From the human T2T-CHM13v2.0 reference genome, Homo sapiens: a stretch of DNA of 64,000 bases. Positions within the stretch are counted from its first letter, which is position 1; every line of letters starts with the position of its first letter. The notes under the pieces are model-generated. The model made no database searches. It had not been told where the DNA came from and saw nothing but the letters and a program-made list of their open reading frames with translations. Of this stretch, positions 29,865 through 44,244 are shown piece after piece. A program made the translations under genes and the position numbers. Location of the stretch: NCBI RefSeq assembly GCF_009914755.1, contig NC_060931.1, one strand, 5' to 3'.

Positions 29865-30452
29865 TGGTAGTAGGCAGAATTCTAGAATGACCCCAATGAC
29901 CAGACCCATGCCCATGTATTTATAATTTTTCCCCTTTGGGTGGTATCCATGATTCTGACAGACTGTCACTCTCGGGGTTAGTTTTTTATATGGCAACACT
30001 GAATGGATTTTGCAAGTGTGATTAAAATCCCTAATAATTTAAATTTGAGTCAATCAAAAGGGAGATTACCCTGGTTGGGCCTCACATGACATTTGAACCC
30101 TTAAAAGAGACAAAAAGCAGCAGAAGGTGCTCTTCTGTTAGCCTCAAAGTAGTAATTCTTGTGAATAGATTAGGCCATGTTGTAAGGACCTGGGGTCATC
30201 TCTGTCTAACAGCCAACAGAAAAATAGGACCTCCATCCTACAACCAAAAGGAACAGAATTCTCCCAACAATCAGAATGAGCTAGGAGCAGGTCCCTATGC
30301 CTTAGATAAGATTGTGACCTTGCCTGACACCTTGATTTCAGCATAGTAAAACCCTAAACATAGGACTCAGCTAATCCATGTCTGGACTTCTGACCCACAG
30401 AAATTGTGAGATCATCAATTTTTGTTTTTCTGAGCTGTTAAATTTGTGAAAT
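29865..30452 (+). mobile_element. MLT1E/F-like LTR
   Basis: gtaggcagaattctagaatgacccc start and ttctgacccacagaaattgtgagat end. Confidence 0.7.
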
Positions 30453-30580
30453 TGTCCCTTTGAGACTCCCATGTAGTTCCTAAGACTGATGGATGGAAGT
30501 TGCTAGGCTAGCTCTCTTGTTGTAAGAAAGGCAAACAACTCTTTTCCCTACCTTAAATTTATTCCAACTCTCTGTCAGTG

Positions 30581-30881
30581 TTTTTTTTTTTTTTTTGAGA
30601 CGGAGTCTTGCTGTGTTGCCCAGGCTGGAGTGCGGTGGCATGATTGCGGCTCACTCACTACAACCTCCACCTCCTGGGTTCAAGCGATTCTTCTGCCTCA
30701 GCCTCCTGAGTAGCTGGGACTGCAGGTGCCTGCCAACAAGCCCAGCTAACTTTTGTATTTTTAGTAGAGATGGTGTTTCACCATGCTGGCCAGGCTGGTC
30801 TCAAACCCCTGACCTCGTGTTCCGCCCACCTCAGCCTCCCAAAGTGTTGGGATTACAGGGGTGAGCCACCACGCCCTGGCC
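30581..30881 (-). mobile_element. Alu (AluS), full length
   Basis: Antisense dimer whose 5' GGCC lies at 30878-30881, 15 nt from the tRNA pseudogene. Confidence 0.95.
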
Positions 30882-30896
30882 AAAGTAACACTTTGC

Positions 30897-30964
30897 CTCC
30901 TTGTCTGGGAATCGAACCCTGGTCTCCCGCGTGACAGGCAGGGATATCACTATACTAATGAGGA
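30897..30964 (-). pseudogene. tRNA-Asp(GTC) pseudogene
   Basis: Minus strand reads TCCTCATTAGTATAGTGATATCCCTGCCTGTCACGCGGGAGACCAGGGTTCGATTCCCAGACAAGGAG. Versus canonical human tRNA-Asp-GTC there are ~6 substitutions and 4 nt lost in the D-loop. Anticodon GTC at 30933-30935. B box intact; acceptor and T stems have mismatches. Confidence 0.92.
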
Positions 30965-31189
30965 AGACATGTCTATCAGTCTTAAAATATCTCCTTGCCC
31001 CTCCAGTTCTCTATGGCTTTTATTTAATTTGGAAGCTGAAAGGGGCTTTGGGAAAGAATGGAGGTCTAATAGGTTTTCTGTGTTACTGTGGGCTTTATAG
31101 TATGAGATACCCATTTTGAAAACGTTTGTAGTTATAGGTATAGTAAAGACATCGTTGTGATGATAGCCCCCTGAGGAAAGCAGCACAGA

Positions 31190-32100
<911 letters not shown>

Positions 32101-32747
32101 TAATTAATGCCATCTTTAAGATAACGTTCTCTGTATAATAAGAATTTTATATCGTGCTTATTAAGTACTTACCATGTGTCAATCAGTATTCTAAAACATT
32201 TTACCGGTAGTATGTCTTCTTCTTTTATTCTCTTAACCATTATTTTCTTGGGGGAGCTTTTTGAAAAAAAAAAAAAAATTACCCCAGACCAGGTCAACTT
32301 CCTTCTTTGTAGCACATGGCATACTTACAATTATTCAGTTGGCATACTTAGTAATTTAATTATTTGCTGTTGTTTAAAATGTGTGTTTATCATTCATTTT
32401 AAGTTCCTTGCAGTCAGGGACCAAGTCAGTATATACCAATCACTGGTATAGTAAGCACCTAATAAATAATCATGCTTATTAAAAGTAAAAGAAGTTCAAT
32501 ATTATTAAACAAATGCCTGATTTAGACAGTAGCTTAGGTATTTTCCCTTCAAGTTTAGAGCTTTTTTCCATAAGCGGATAATATTTGGGGATATTTAGGA
32601 ATGTATCATAGATTAAATTATATTAAGAAGGAAGCTAAGAGAAACTAATGTTACTTGAGAGAAGAGGATGCAGTGACTGAGATGGAATTATTTAGGGTAT
32701 GTATATAATTATTTTGTTTTCATAATCATTTTGTCAAGTAGGCCTTA

Positions 32748-33119
32748 TGATATGGTTTAGATATGTGTCCCTGCCCAAATCTCATGTCAAATTGTCATCT
32801 CCAGTGTGGGAGGTGGGGCCTGATGGGGGTGGTTGGATCACGGGGCGGAGTTCTCGTGTAAGCTTTAGCACCATCCCCTCTGTGCTGCTCTTGTGATAGG
32901 GTTCTCCTGAGATTTTTCTCTTGCTCATGCCATGTAAGAAGCGCCTGCCTCCTCTTTACCCTCTGCCATAATTATACATTTCCTGGGGCCTTCCCAGAAG
33001 CAGAAGCCGCTATGCTTCCTGCACAGCCTCCAGAACTGTGAGCCAGTTAAACCTCTTTTCTTTGTAAATTACCCAGTCTCGGGTATTTCTTGATAGCGGT
33101 GTGAGAACAGACTAATATG
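32748..33119 (+). mobile_element. MSTA/MSTB (MaLR) solo LTR
   Basis: tgatatggttt...ccaaatctcatg start, aacagactaata end, 5-bp TSD cctta. Confidence 0.88.
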
Positions 33120-33287
33120 CCTTATTATTTCATTTCTATTATAGCTAAGGAAAAAAAAAACATGGCTCATGGAGGTTAAGTTACTTGATTATAGTCACAA
33201 AACCAATAAAGGACAAAGATGTTACATAATAGTTTTATTATATAGGGTTTGCAAAATAACTTGCATTTGAAATGGCTTGTGTATTTT

Positions 33288-33980
33288 CCACTTTATTGAG
33301 ATAATTTCTATATAATCCACATTTATTTAAAATGAACAGTTTGATGAGTTTTGGAGGATATATACACCTGTGAAAATAATGTCACTATTAAGATACAGAA
33401 CATTTTCATTACCTAGAAGTTTCTTTGTATCCTTTTCAGTCTGTTTCTCCCTCAATTTCAAGCCCTTGGTCACTGGTAAAATGCTTTATGTCATAATAGA
33501 TGAGCTTACAACTTCTATAATTTGATATAACTGGAATCATACAATAGACAATTTTGTGATCAGCTTCTTTCACTCCACATAATGATGTTGACATTCATCC
33601 GCAGTGTCGCATTCTTCAGTAGTTGTTCCTTTCACTGCTGAGTAGGACTCTGTTGTATGGAGATACTGCTTATTGCTTATCCCTGCAGTTGTTGATATAC
33701 ATTTGGGTTGTTTCCAGTTTTTACTTATTGTGAATAATGCTGCCCTGAACATTTGTGTGCAGGTCTCTGTGTGGGACAGTATTCCCTGAGGAACACATAC
33801 GAGTGGGATTCTTAGGTTATATGGTTAGTGTATGTTTAACTTTTAAAGAAATTCCCAGTTTTGTAAAATAAATGTATTATTTTATATTCCCAGCAACAAT
33901 GTGTGTCAGCACTTGGTATTGTCAGTTCTTTTAATTTTAGACATTACTCTGGGTGTGTAGTGGTATCTCATTATGGTGGT
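33288..33980 (-). mobile_element. L1MD/ME 3' fragment
   Basis: The minus-strand ORF MFRAALFTISKNWKQPKC is an ORF2 C-terminal remnant. Confidence 0.75.
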
Positions 33981-36900
33981 TTATATTTAATATAACATCT
34001 TATTGATGTAGGAGGCCACACAAATGTGGATTCAGGCCTTGGAAGTTAGAATCAACCTCAAATCCTTTTTCTCTTGTGAGAATTCATCTAGACCTCTTAT
34101 TATATGTCATGTCTTTTAGAATAACTTGTGTCTACCTCCATGAAGTTTTTAAATACAGAGAAAATACATGTAACTATTTTACAAGTCAACTGGAAAGCCA
34201 TACATGTATGTATATGTTCGTGTGTGTATGGCATATATGTATATATAATTATTCATTAAAAATAATGCTTACTAAAACTACTCATACTCATTATTGTATA
34301 TATCTATATTTCCAGCATCTTCTGAAAGTTTGTAAGTTCTGAATAAATCCTGCTTTGAAGCTAAAAATTCTAAATTGTTGCTTTATTAGTAATCACAGGG
34401 CTAATGCAAAGCTCTGATAATTAAGACTTTATGTTTTTCTTTGAGTGCCACCATGGCAGCAAATGGTATCTGAAACTGACAGACTGTAGATTAAAACTTT
34501 CAGAATGTAAGGCCTAGTCTAGGGAAAATGAAGTTATGTATAGGTGACTTGTTCCATTTGAATTAATCAAAGGGCTGCTGGTGTAGACCAGCTGTGTTCT
34601 CTGATGACAAAAACGAATCTTGACATTTTAGATAATGAAATTCAGTTCAGCACCTCTTAGAGATATGTGTGATAATATATGTCAGTCAGAAACAGAGAGA
34701 AGGGGAGAAGCTCAAACCTTGTCTTATTAAAATAGACATTGTGACAAGTGGACATTGCTGAATCTCTGGTTTCTAGGGGAAAAAATGTCAAGGGAAACCT
34801 CTTTAAAAAAATGATGGGAATGGCTGTTTTATGGAAGCTGGGTGAAAAGATTTGACTTCTGATGCATGACCTCTTTGACAGTTGCCTTTGTTCATGATTC
34901 CTAGTTTCCTGGTTTATTTTATTGGGGTACAGGGTGAGGTCTGGAAGACCTGGAAAGGAAACTCACTTTTTTGGTTTGACAGTATTAATGCAATCATCTA
35001 GTTCATACCTTGTAAGCCCACTTATTATTTCCTCTGCGTGTGTTTTTTCTGGTTTAGCGGATTAGCTGCACTGTCTCTTCAAAGGCTATCCAATCAAGGA
35101 GGGGTTATTAAAACCAGGGCGATTTATGACTGAGAATTAATTAGAGAAGCATTTTCATGCACAACATCCAATTTTTTGATTAGCAATGGAGCAGGGCCGC
35201 AATTAACACTCGAGGAAGCTTAAATTTCCAGCTTTTTGATTCTCAGGAAATGAGATTATCAAACCAGGGTCAGACACTTGACAGCAAAGTGGGAGTGGGG
35301 GAGTGTGAAATTATATGTAAAAAAAAAGAAAAAAGAGTCGTTTGATTTTGATTCTGAGATTGCTATTAAGACAATGGGAAATTCAGAGGAGGGAAAGAAC
35401 AAAAAATCTGAAATGGAAGAACCTGAAAGGACTGATTCTTTGGTGGCCTATTTGCTATGCACAATATCTGTTGTAAATGTTTGCTGGAAGTATGTTTTAG
35501 AAGCACAGCAATATTGTTGTGTTCCTTCATTGTTACTTATTATTCAGTTTTTCTCTCATAAATTTTTCTTGGATATTCAGTGGCTGAACAAATATTTAAA
35601 ATGTTTATATATGTTGGAGAGAGGCCAAAATTTTTCTTGTTAGAAAAGAGAGCTTCTTTTCTAAATGCTAATTTGCTTTTTTGTGTGTGGGGGGAGTCTG
35701 CTTCTTTTCATTGGTGTTTTTAATTTTTTCAAGTCACTCAAGACACAGTTTAGGTAGTGAGTTATGTCAAGCCATAGATGACCACTTATTGCTAAGTGGC
35801 CTTGTCAAGCTTAGGTGCCTGAGATAAGAAGTAAGGCAACCGCAGGTTTGCTGTAAAACAAAGTGTATTCTGTCATCAGTGTAATTGGTGCTCCCCAAGG
35901 AATGCAACATAATGAAAATTCATTTGTTCTGGAAAATATTTTTCATCTTGTCTCCTCTTAATTTGGACATCTAATTTTCATGGAGAAATAGCAGAGCAGC
36001 AAATCTTTTAATTCATTCTGCCAAGTTAAAACTCATATGCATCTCTTCTTTATTCAGTAGATTCTAAGATTTTTAAGAGACCTTGTCAGTATTTTTGAAT
36101 CATCCAACCCTCTCTTCATTGCCCTGTTTTCATATTTGCATGTATGATGAATTGCCTATCTATAAATAGTGTAAGACTAGTACAATCTAAATATTAAAAT
36201 AGTAATATGTACTATTTATAGATTGCTTGCCTATTGGTCTTAGGGAAATTGTTGGCATCCAGTTCTAAGAGGAAACACAAGTGATCAATGTGTCTTTGGC
36301 CCAGGGTGGGAGAGGGACTGAGAATTGGTTGATAGTCTTGTGTGACTCTGGTTTCTCTCATATTCTCCTAGCATTGGTTTCTCTATTTAAATAAGGGTGG
36401 GGCTTTTTGTTACAATCTGGGGAGTTATTTTAAAAAACATCTTCATAAGCAGATTCCAGAATACACCAAAAATGAATGGAAGAGACCATACGTCATTTAT
36501 ATAATCAGAGATTGTTGCTATGGCATTTTTCTCTCTAAAGCCCCTCTGGTTTAGGAACATGATCCATTGATCTAGCCTATCATTCTTGCAATCCTACTAT
36601 GGATTCTCAGCTTTATTTGTCAGTCTTGCTTAATCCTCCTTCCTTTGTTGATGAAGAGTATCTATCACTGGCTGGATGAAAATTGGCTGCAGTTTAATCT
36701 TGGGGAAAAAGGAAGAAAACTGCCAGTCAGAGGCTGAAGAGTTGATCTTGTCAGATTTATAGTCATCAGTTATCAGTGCTGATCTTCATGTTCTTAGATG
36801 TTGATGATTACATGCTTTTCGGCATCCAATAAACATTTGCGGAAATAATTTATAGTTATATTTATGGATATTTCCTTTGTTGGGAAATGTTCCTGCATTT

Positions 36901-37097
36901 CCAGGTCCATAGCAAAGGGAGCCTAAGCGTATGAATTAGGGATTCTTAACCTATGTGTGTTATGTGTTGGGTGGTTTGGGGGAGGGTACGTGGGTAGCCT
37001 TCAGGGAATCTGTGACACCCAGCAGTGTCTTCAGATTAGAGGGGTGGGGAGCAGGAAGAAGTTACCAAGTTTTCATTAGGTTTACAAAATGCTATTG

Positions 37098-37205
37098 TTA
37101 CATGTGTGTGTGTATACATAGACACACGTATGTATATGTGTGTATATATATATATGTATACATACACACACGTATACACACACACACACTCACAAATACG
37201 TGTAC
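37098..37205. repeat. Compound (TG)(TA)(CA) purine-pyrimidine microsatellite
   Basis: Read directly from the sequence. Confidence 0.9.
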
Positions 37206-40200
37206 AAATACAGTTCCCGACTTGGAGAGCCTTATTATCAACAGAGGAAAACAATGTAACAACTTTAGTAAAAGCATATGAAATGATATCCTTTTGTAAT
37301 AAATGTGAATGAAATACATCTAACCTATATTTAAATGCTTAGTAACATTTAATATTAATTATATTAACATCACAGGTAGGCAGAAAAGTTGAATTTATAA
37401 AAATTGAGAAAATTAATCAAGAGAGGCATAGTAATTAAGTGTGAATCATTTTAAAGAAAGCAAGGATTATTTAGTGGAGTAGAAAAACAGAAAAGCAAAG
37501 CTATTCTAGGTTGGTTTGTTTGTTTTTTCTCCTTTAATGTGAAGATTTTTAAAAGTACAGTTTGATATAGCTCAATTGATCGTTTAATTAAGGAACTTGA
37601 TTTGCTTTAAGAGGCTCGCAATTGATAATAATCATATTATCATGTTGAATTCCCAGTGGTGAGGTGAGGGTGTCAGCTGTTCTACTGGCGCATTTTTGCT
37701 TTGCTTGATTTGCTGTATGCTCAGTTTATATCGTGGTAGATGACAGATGTGCAAGAAGGCTATTTAAAAATCATTGCTGGTGATGGGTGGAAAAGAATGC
37801 CTTTAGTTTTTAGTATGATATAATTAATCTTTAATAGTGATCGACTAATGTATGTTTATATGATTATATCTGAATAGATATTTATTAAATATATATTATT
37901 GATATTTCTGCCGGGGTAACTGTGTTATTATTGAGTCTCTGGGACTCTTTTCCACTTCCCATCTGAATACTTGCTTTAATAAGAATATCCTACTCTAGCA
38001 GAAGTAGTGTAGGTACAAAGAACCCCGTTTTCTTAGGTTAGTGGTCAATCTATGAAATTAGATTTTTGTGAGCATGAAAGTAGAGTGTAGCCCAGTGAAA
38101 TGAAATATGGAAACCTCAGGGTTCAAAGCAATGGGTTGGCAGAGTCAGGTCGGAGATTGAAATGTTGTGAGTCATCTATGAGATAGATGGAAACACTGGA
38201 GTTGTTGAGCTTTTAAAACAGTAATAGATGGAAAGAAAAACTCTAGACTCTGCATAAGGAAAAGGCTACTAGTTTGTTGAAGAAGAGTAGCTTGTGAGAC
38301 TCGAGGAGTGTCTTGAATAAGTTAGGGGAAGGGCAGGCAAATGGACACTTAAGGTTTATAGTGTGAATATCTTCTATCTGCTTTTTGAAAAACACATTTA
38401 AATGAGTTCTTAATGATTCCCAGGAACCACAGTCCGATTTTGGCTTTTGTTTCCTGTGCCCTCCTGTCAGTTTTGATAACTGTACCTTTGTCTCTGAGCC
38501 CATTTTTTTCAAAATTATGGTTTCATTTTAATTGTTTAATAGTCTGCTCTTGTCTGTAATTTCCAGAGTTTGAATTGTATGATTTTTGCAGCCTCTATGA
38601 AAATGGTCAGTGAAAAAGAATTTTTGGTTAACTATGACATCCTGTATTTAATGGAAATATTTTGTTTTAATGACATGAAACCATAGCCATGAAAATTTTT
38701 CTAATGTAACATCAAGAACTTCTCTTTGTATATTATATGAACCTTCTGTGAGGTCCAGCTAATTGCAAGACGTCCTAAGTTAGATATCTCGTGCCCATTC
38801 TGATTCTTCTAAGAATTTACTACTATTTTAGATCACATTAAGGTTTTCAGATTTTTCTCTAATTGCTTGATAATGTAACACAAGCTTAATAGTGTAATAA
38901 CAAAAGCTTGATGTTCTGTAGTTAGATTCTTTTAAATAATGTAAAAAAAAGTTATAAATGATTTGTAGCTTGGATGACTTTTTACATTTCTCTCTGGGAG
39001 TTTCAGTTGCTATGATTTTGTTGTTGTGTTCAGCTTAATTGCCATTAGCTACTGCTGAAGTCTCCTCCTTACTCACCGTGTAGGCAGTGTCCATCAGCAG
39101 CATTTAGTACAGGATGAATGAACGATTCCTTTTTGTTATGTTCAATGGAATATGTAAATACTTTCAAATGGCCTTCTTCAACTAGAGTTTTTTAAAAATG
39201 AGAGATACGCTGGAAAAATACTTTGAAAAATATTCATATTCTATAGTGGTTAGCTTATTTGTTAGTTGTATTATATTTGGCAGTTGGATGACAGGATATG
39301 TTTTAGAATACCTGAATAAATTAGGGAGGATATATTTCTTTAATATGATTGTTTTAAGTTGTAGATGGCACTCATGGTAATGTTTTAGTAATCTAAATGT
39401 ACTCATGTATGTAATTAAAGTTTGGATAATCATTAGTGATATTAAACCCCTCAAAAAATTACATTCTTCCCTGGGTCTAGGAAGCATCTTCTGAGTTAAT
39501 CTACACTAGCAGTTTTAAAACTGCGTATGTTCCCTAGAACAGTTAGAGGTCTGGAAAGGTATAAGAAATTGGGTGATCAGAATTCTCAGTTCCCTCTTGA
39601 AAGCTTCATCCAGGGATGCTTAATTTTTTTGGTTTTGTATGTTGGGATTTCACACAGACATATTTTCTAATTTTGCTATTTCAAAAAATGTTGCAGTACA
39701 GACTTTTATGAACATCTGTGATACTCCTTTAATATAGAAGATGAATCATTGGGTAAAAAGATAGTCTTATCTAAAATTTGATAGACTACCAAATTACTTC
39801 CCGAACAGTGTTTCCTAGTTTATACTTCTTTCAAAATCTATGGAAACATCATTTCTTTTCATCCTTGACATCATTTAATATTACCATTTTTTTAATTTAA
39901 ATTTTAGATCTTAAAAATTTGAAAATTTACCAACTTGATTAGAGTGTGTACCTGATTACTAGCCAGGTTTAGCATATTTTTTGCATTTATTTGACATTTG
40001 TAGTTTTTCACTGAATTATTATCGAGTCTAAAAATAATCCCTAACACCTCTTTCCTATTTTTATTGGACTTTTTTTTATTACTGATTTTTAGATACTCTA
40101 TATATTCTAGATACAAATGTGTTCTAAATACTTTTCCTCCTAGTCAGACATTTAGATAAGATTTAATTTGGGGACAAAGATGATTTTTCTAAAAATAATT

Positions 40201-40952
40201 TCAAAGCTATTAGAGTAGTATTTTTTGATACTATGATTTCTTTTAGATGGATGTTTTTAAAAGACCATAAAGTAAGTAGATATTACAGTTTTCCTTGGGT
40301 AATCTGTTCTAGTGTCTCACAGTCCTTATTAACTTTCTCAACTTAAAAAAAATAAATGTGTTAATTAACATCCTACATTAGTCGATATACCTATCTTGCT
40401 TATTTGGTACTCTAAAAAAATTTCCTATTAACATGAAGTTACAAGATTTCATTAAGTTTTTAAATTAAATCTCAAATCTTTTGTTACTAAGTAGCAACAT
40501 GACTGCTTTTCTTCTTAAAATTCATCTGTTTTATAAACTGTCAGCATCATAGTATCCTTCTGGATAATTTGTGAGTGGGCAGCATCTGTACTTTTCAGAA
40601 GGGAAGAATAGATATTTAATAATTTACTCAAGGTTGTACCGTTGCAGAATCAGAAATTAGAATCTCAGTCTGTTGAGATGTGCTCTCAAGATAAAATACA
40701 TGTGCCATGCAAATAGGGCATAGCTTTCTTGTCTAGCAATGGTTGGCCCAGTATGTGGCCCAACATATATTTCCTGTAGAAGGAATGAGAATCACTCCTA
40801 TGTTGATGACCATAGCTGAACATGACTGGAAGAATTTTAGCATGACCAGTTGACTTTTTTTCCTATCACCACTGGCTAGTTCTGAAGTATAAAGTGTTAA
40901 GTTATAAACTGCAGCGTTATAATTCCTCTTCTGGTAAAATGAAAAATCAGTA

Positions 40953-41235
40953 CTGTAATCCCAGCACTTTGGGAGGCCGAGGCAGGTGGACCACCTAAGG
41001 TCAGGAGTTCAAAACCAGCTGTGCCAGCATGGTGAAACCTTGTGTCTACTAAAAATACAAAATTAACTGGGCATGGTAGTGCATGCCTGTAATCCAGCTA
41101 CTCAGGAGGCCAAGGCAGGAGAATCACTTGAACCTGGAAGGCAGAGGTTGCAGTGAACCAAGATCGCGCCATTGCACTCTCAGCCTGGGCAACAAGAGCA
41201 AAACTCCGTCTCAAAAAAAAGAAAAGAAAAGAAAA
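40953..41235 (+). mobile_element. Alu (AluSq/Sp-like), 5'-truncated by ~23 nt
   Basis: Starts at ctgtaatccc; TSD gaaaaatcagta at 40941 and 41236; (GAAAA)n tail. Confidence 0.93.
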
Positions 41236-41387
41236 GAAAAATCAGTAACAAATACACAGATTTTTTTTTTATCCATGACTACAAAGGTACCTAACTGAAT
41301 AATACATCATGATATTTCTTATATCATTGTCCTTGAGAACTTAAGTCTTTTCAATGAAAGAAATGAAATATGAAGTATTTCCCGAGA

Positions 41388-41562
41388 CAGTGTTCTCTAA
41401 CTTTGGGGTGCATCAAATGCCTGGAGGTCTTGTGAACACAGCTTGCAGGACCCCATTACTTGAATTTCTGACTCAGTAGGTCTGAGATGGGGTCTGAAAA
41501 TTTGCATTTCTAACAAGTCCTTTTATGATGCTGATGGAGGGACCACACTTTGAGAACCACTA
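41388..41562. mobile_element. MER5A (hAT-Charlie MITE)
   Basis: cagtgttctctaactt...accacactttgagaaccact termini and an internal tttgcatttctaacaag. Confidence 0.85.
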
Positions 41563-42297
41563 CTCTAAACCTTGTGATAAAAATGATGAAAGGTGATGCT
41601 AATCAGGATAGCCTTGTTGCCTGTGACCAACTACTTCTGTTTCCTCTTTAACACTGTAGCACTTAGGAATTATCTTATTTCCCCTGGAGAAGATCAAACC
41701 TAATAGAATTATGCATGCGCTGTAAGAGATCATCAACCTTACACCTTTTCCCTTGGACCTAGAGCAATTTGAAAAGAGACATTTCCATCAAAGGACATAA
41801 AACCTGTAGCTACAGTCACAAGTTAACAATTATCAGGGTGTTTGTACCTGTCTCCTCCATTTGGGTTTTATGCATGAATTATAAAACTAGAGATGGGAAA
41901 GTAGGAAGAGGATGAAGGAGTAGCTTCCAAACTGTTACTCCAATAGAGATTTCATACTAATTTTGAATTGAAAATGATTAGTCAGTTTAGATTCTTATAA
42001 GGCATACCACACTATTGAAAAATAATAAAATGCTATAGAGAGATATTATCATTGTGCTACATGTTTTGTTGTACGTTACTGTTGAGTTTTTATTCCAGAC
42101 TTTCTTTTGATTATTTTTGGTCCTGAGCAATTTTAAAAGGCACATAGTAGAAACTGCTGGTTGCTTAGTATCCAATTACCCACCTTTTCTCCTCCTTTTT
42201 TACCCCTTCTTATTGTATTTAAGGTGGCAGTGTTTCCAGTGATACATTTCTCAGTGTTTTCTGCAGTTGGGTGCAACCATTGAAATATAAGCAGAGG

Positions 42298-42646
<349 letters not shown>

Positions 42647-43111
42647 TCAGCTGGAAGGTTCTCTTTTATAACCCTTCCTCTTCCTCTCTCCCTGGCATTT
42701 GGATGTCTTAGTGGCCATCCCGGACTCTAAGGCCACTTTGAAATTGGAAGCCAAGCACTAGTAGAGCAGGAAGGAGCCTTGATGCCAAATGACCACAGAC
42801 GAACATTTCCAGCCCTGGACTATGTACTGTCAAATTGGAGAGAGAAATAAATGTCTCTCTTGTTTAACCAGTTTATTTGGATTTTCTGTTATTTGTAAGC
42901 AAACCTTGCCATTTATGTTGAAGATGGCATTGTCTGTCTTTGTTAATGAGGGGTGTCTCTTTAAAACCTACGAGGTGTTTTCACAGGTGACTTTGTAAGT
43001 TCATTGTAAATTATTCCACATGTATCACTGGATCCCCGTCATCTTACATCTTTTCTTTCTTCTTCTTTTCACCTAGTGAAATAGTGTGTCTTTTGGAGTC
43101 AGGTACACCTG

Positions 43112-43592
43112 TTTTATTTTTAACAAGTTTATTGAGGCGTAATTACAGAACATAAAATTCACTGCTTTTAAATTTACAATTCAGCAGTTTTTAGTGAATT
43201 TACTGGTTTACAAACATTACCGTGATTCAGTTTTAGAACATGTCAACCCATTTACGTTATCCCTTGTGCCTGTTTGCAGTAAATCCCCACCTCAGCCTCA
43301 GAAGACCACCAATCTAATTTCCTTCTCTATATATTTAACTTTTGGGACATTTCTTATAAATAGAATCGTGATGTGGTCTTTTGTATTACCTTGTTTTAGT
43401 GAGCATAATGTTTTGAGGTTTATTTATAATTTAGCACACATCCATAGTTCATTCCTTTTTATTATTGAACAGTATTTTATTGAATGAGTATACTGTATTT
43501 TGTTTATCCATTCATCAGTTAATGGACATTGGGTTGCATCCACTTTTCAGCTATTGTGAATATGCTGCTGTGAACATTGCTCTTCAAGTCCT
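43112..43592 (-). mobile_element. L1MB 3' end inserted into a MIR
   Basis: tttattgaggcgtaattac... terminus; acacctg repeated on both flanks; MIR resumes at ~43600. Confidence 0.75.
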
Positions 43593-44244
43593 TAACACAC
43601 CTGGCTTTGAATCTTAGCTCTGCTCAATAGGCTGGTGACCTTTGGCAAATTGCCTAACTACTGGTCTCTAAAACCTGTGATTTTCTTATCTCTAAAAGGT
43701 GATCATACAGACTTCCTCATGGAGTTGCTGTGAGGATTAAATGAAATACCTTACGAGATCCTTTGTTTAGCAATCTAAACACTGGAAACATACGAGCAAT
43801 AGAATTGTCTCAAAAACATGTATTAAAACAACCCTCACTGTTATAGTGATTTTCAGTAATGCACTGTGGGTGGTGATAGTGGGACCCACAGGGCCTCAAA
43901 TAACTACTTAGTATTGTCTTGATAGTTTATTCATTCACTAAGGACAGAGTGGTACATATCACACCAGAAGCTGTAGTGACTGTATTGTGATAGTCCTGGT
44001 ATTGCACAAGTTGTGACTTTTTCATTGCTCATATGGTTTGGCAAGTAAGAACCATCTTAAAGTTCAGAATTGTAGTGTGCCGGTACATAATATGCTCTTA
44101 TAACTTATTTATAAAAGAAGGAAAAGCCGAAAGAGTATATCCACAAGATCTGCATCATTTTTTTTTTCTCTTTTCTTTACTGGTAGGTAAAATACCTAAA
44201 GTTTGGACATATTATTAATCCAGAACATTTAGGCTCCAGGCGTC

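Noticed and set aside
30897-30964. Functional tRNA-Asp gene
   Set aside because: It has a D-loop deletion removing the conserved GG, mismatches in the acceptor and T stems, and no T4 terminator.
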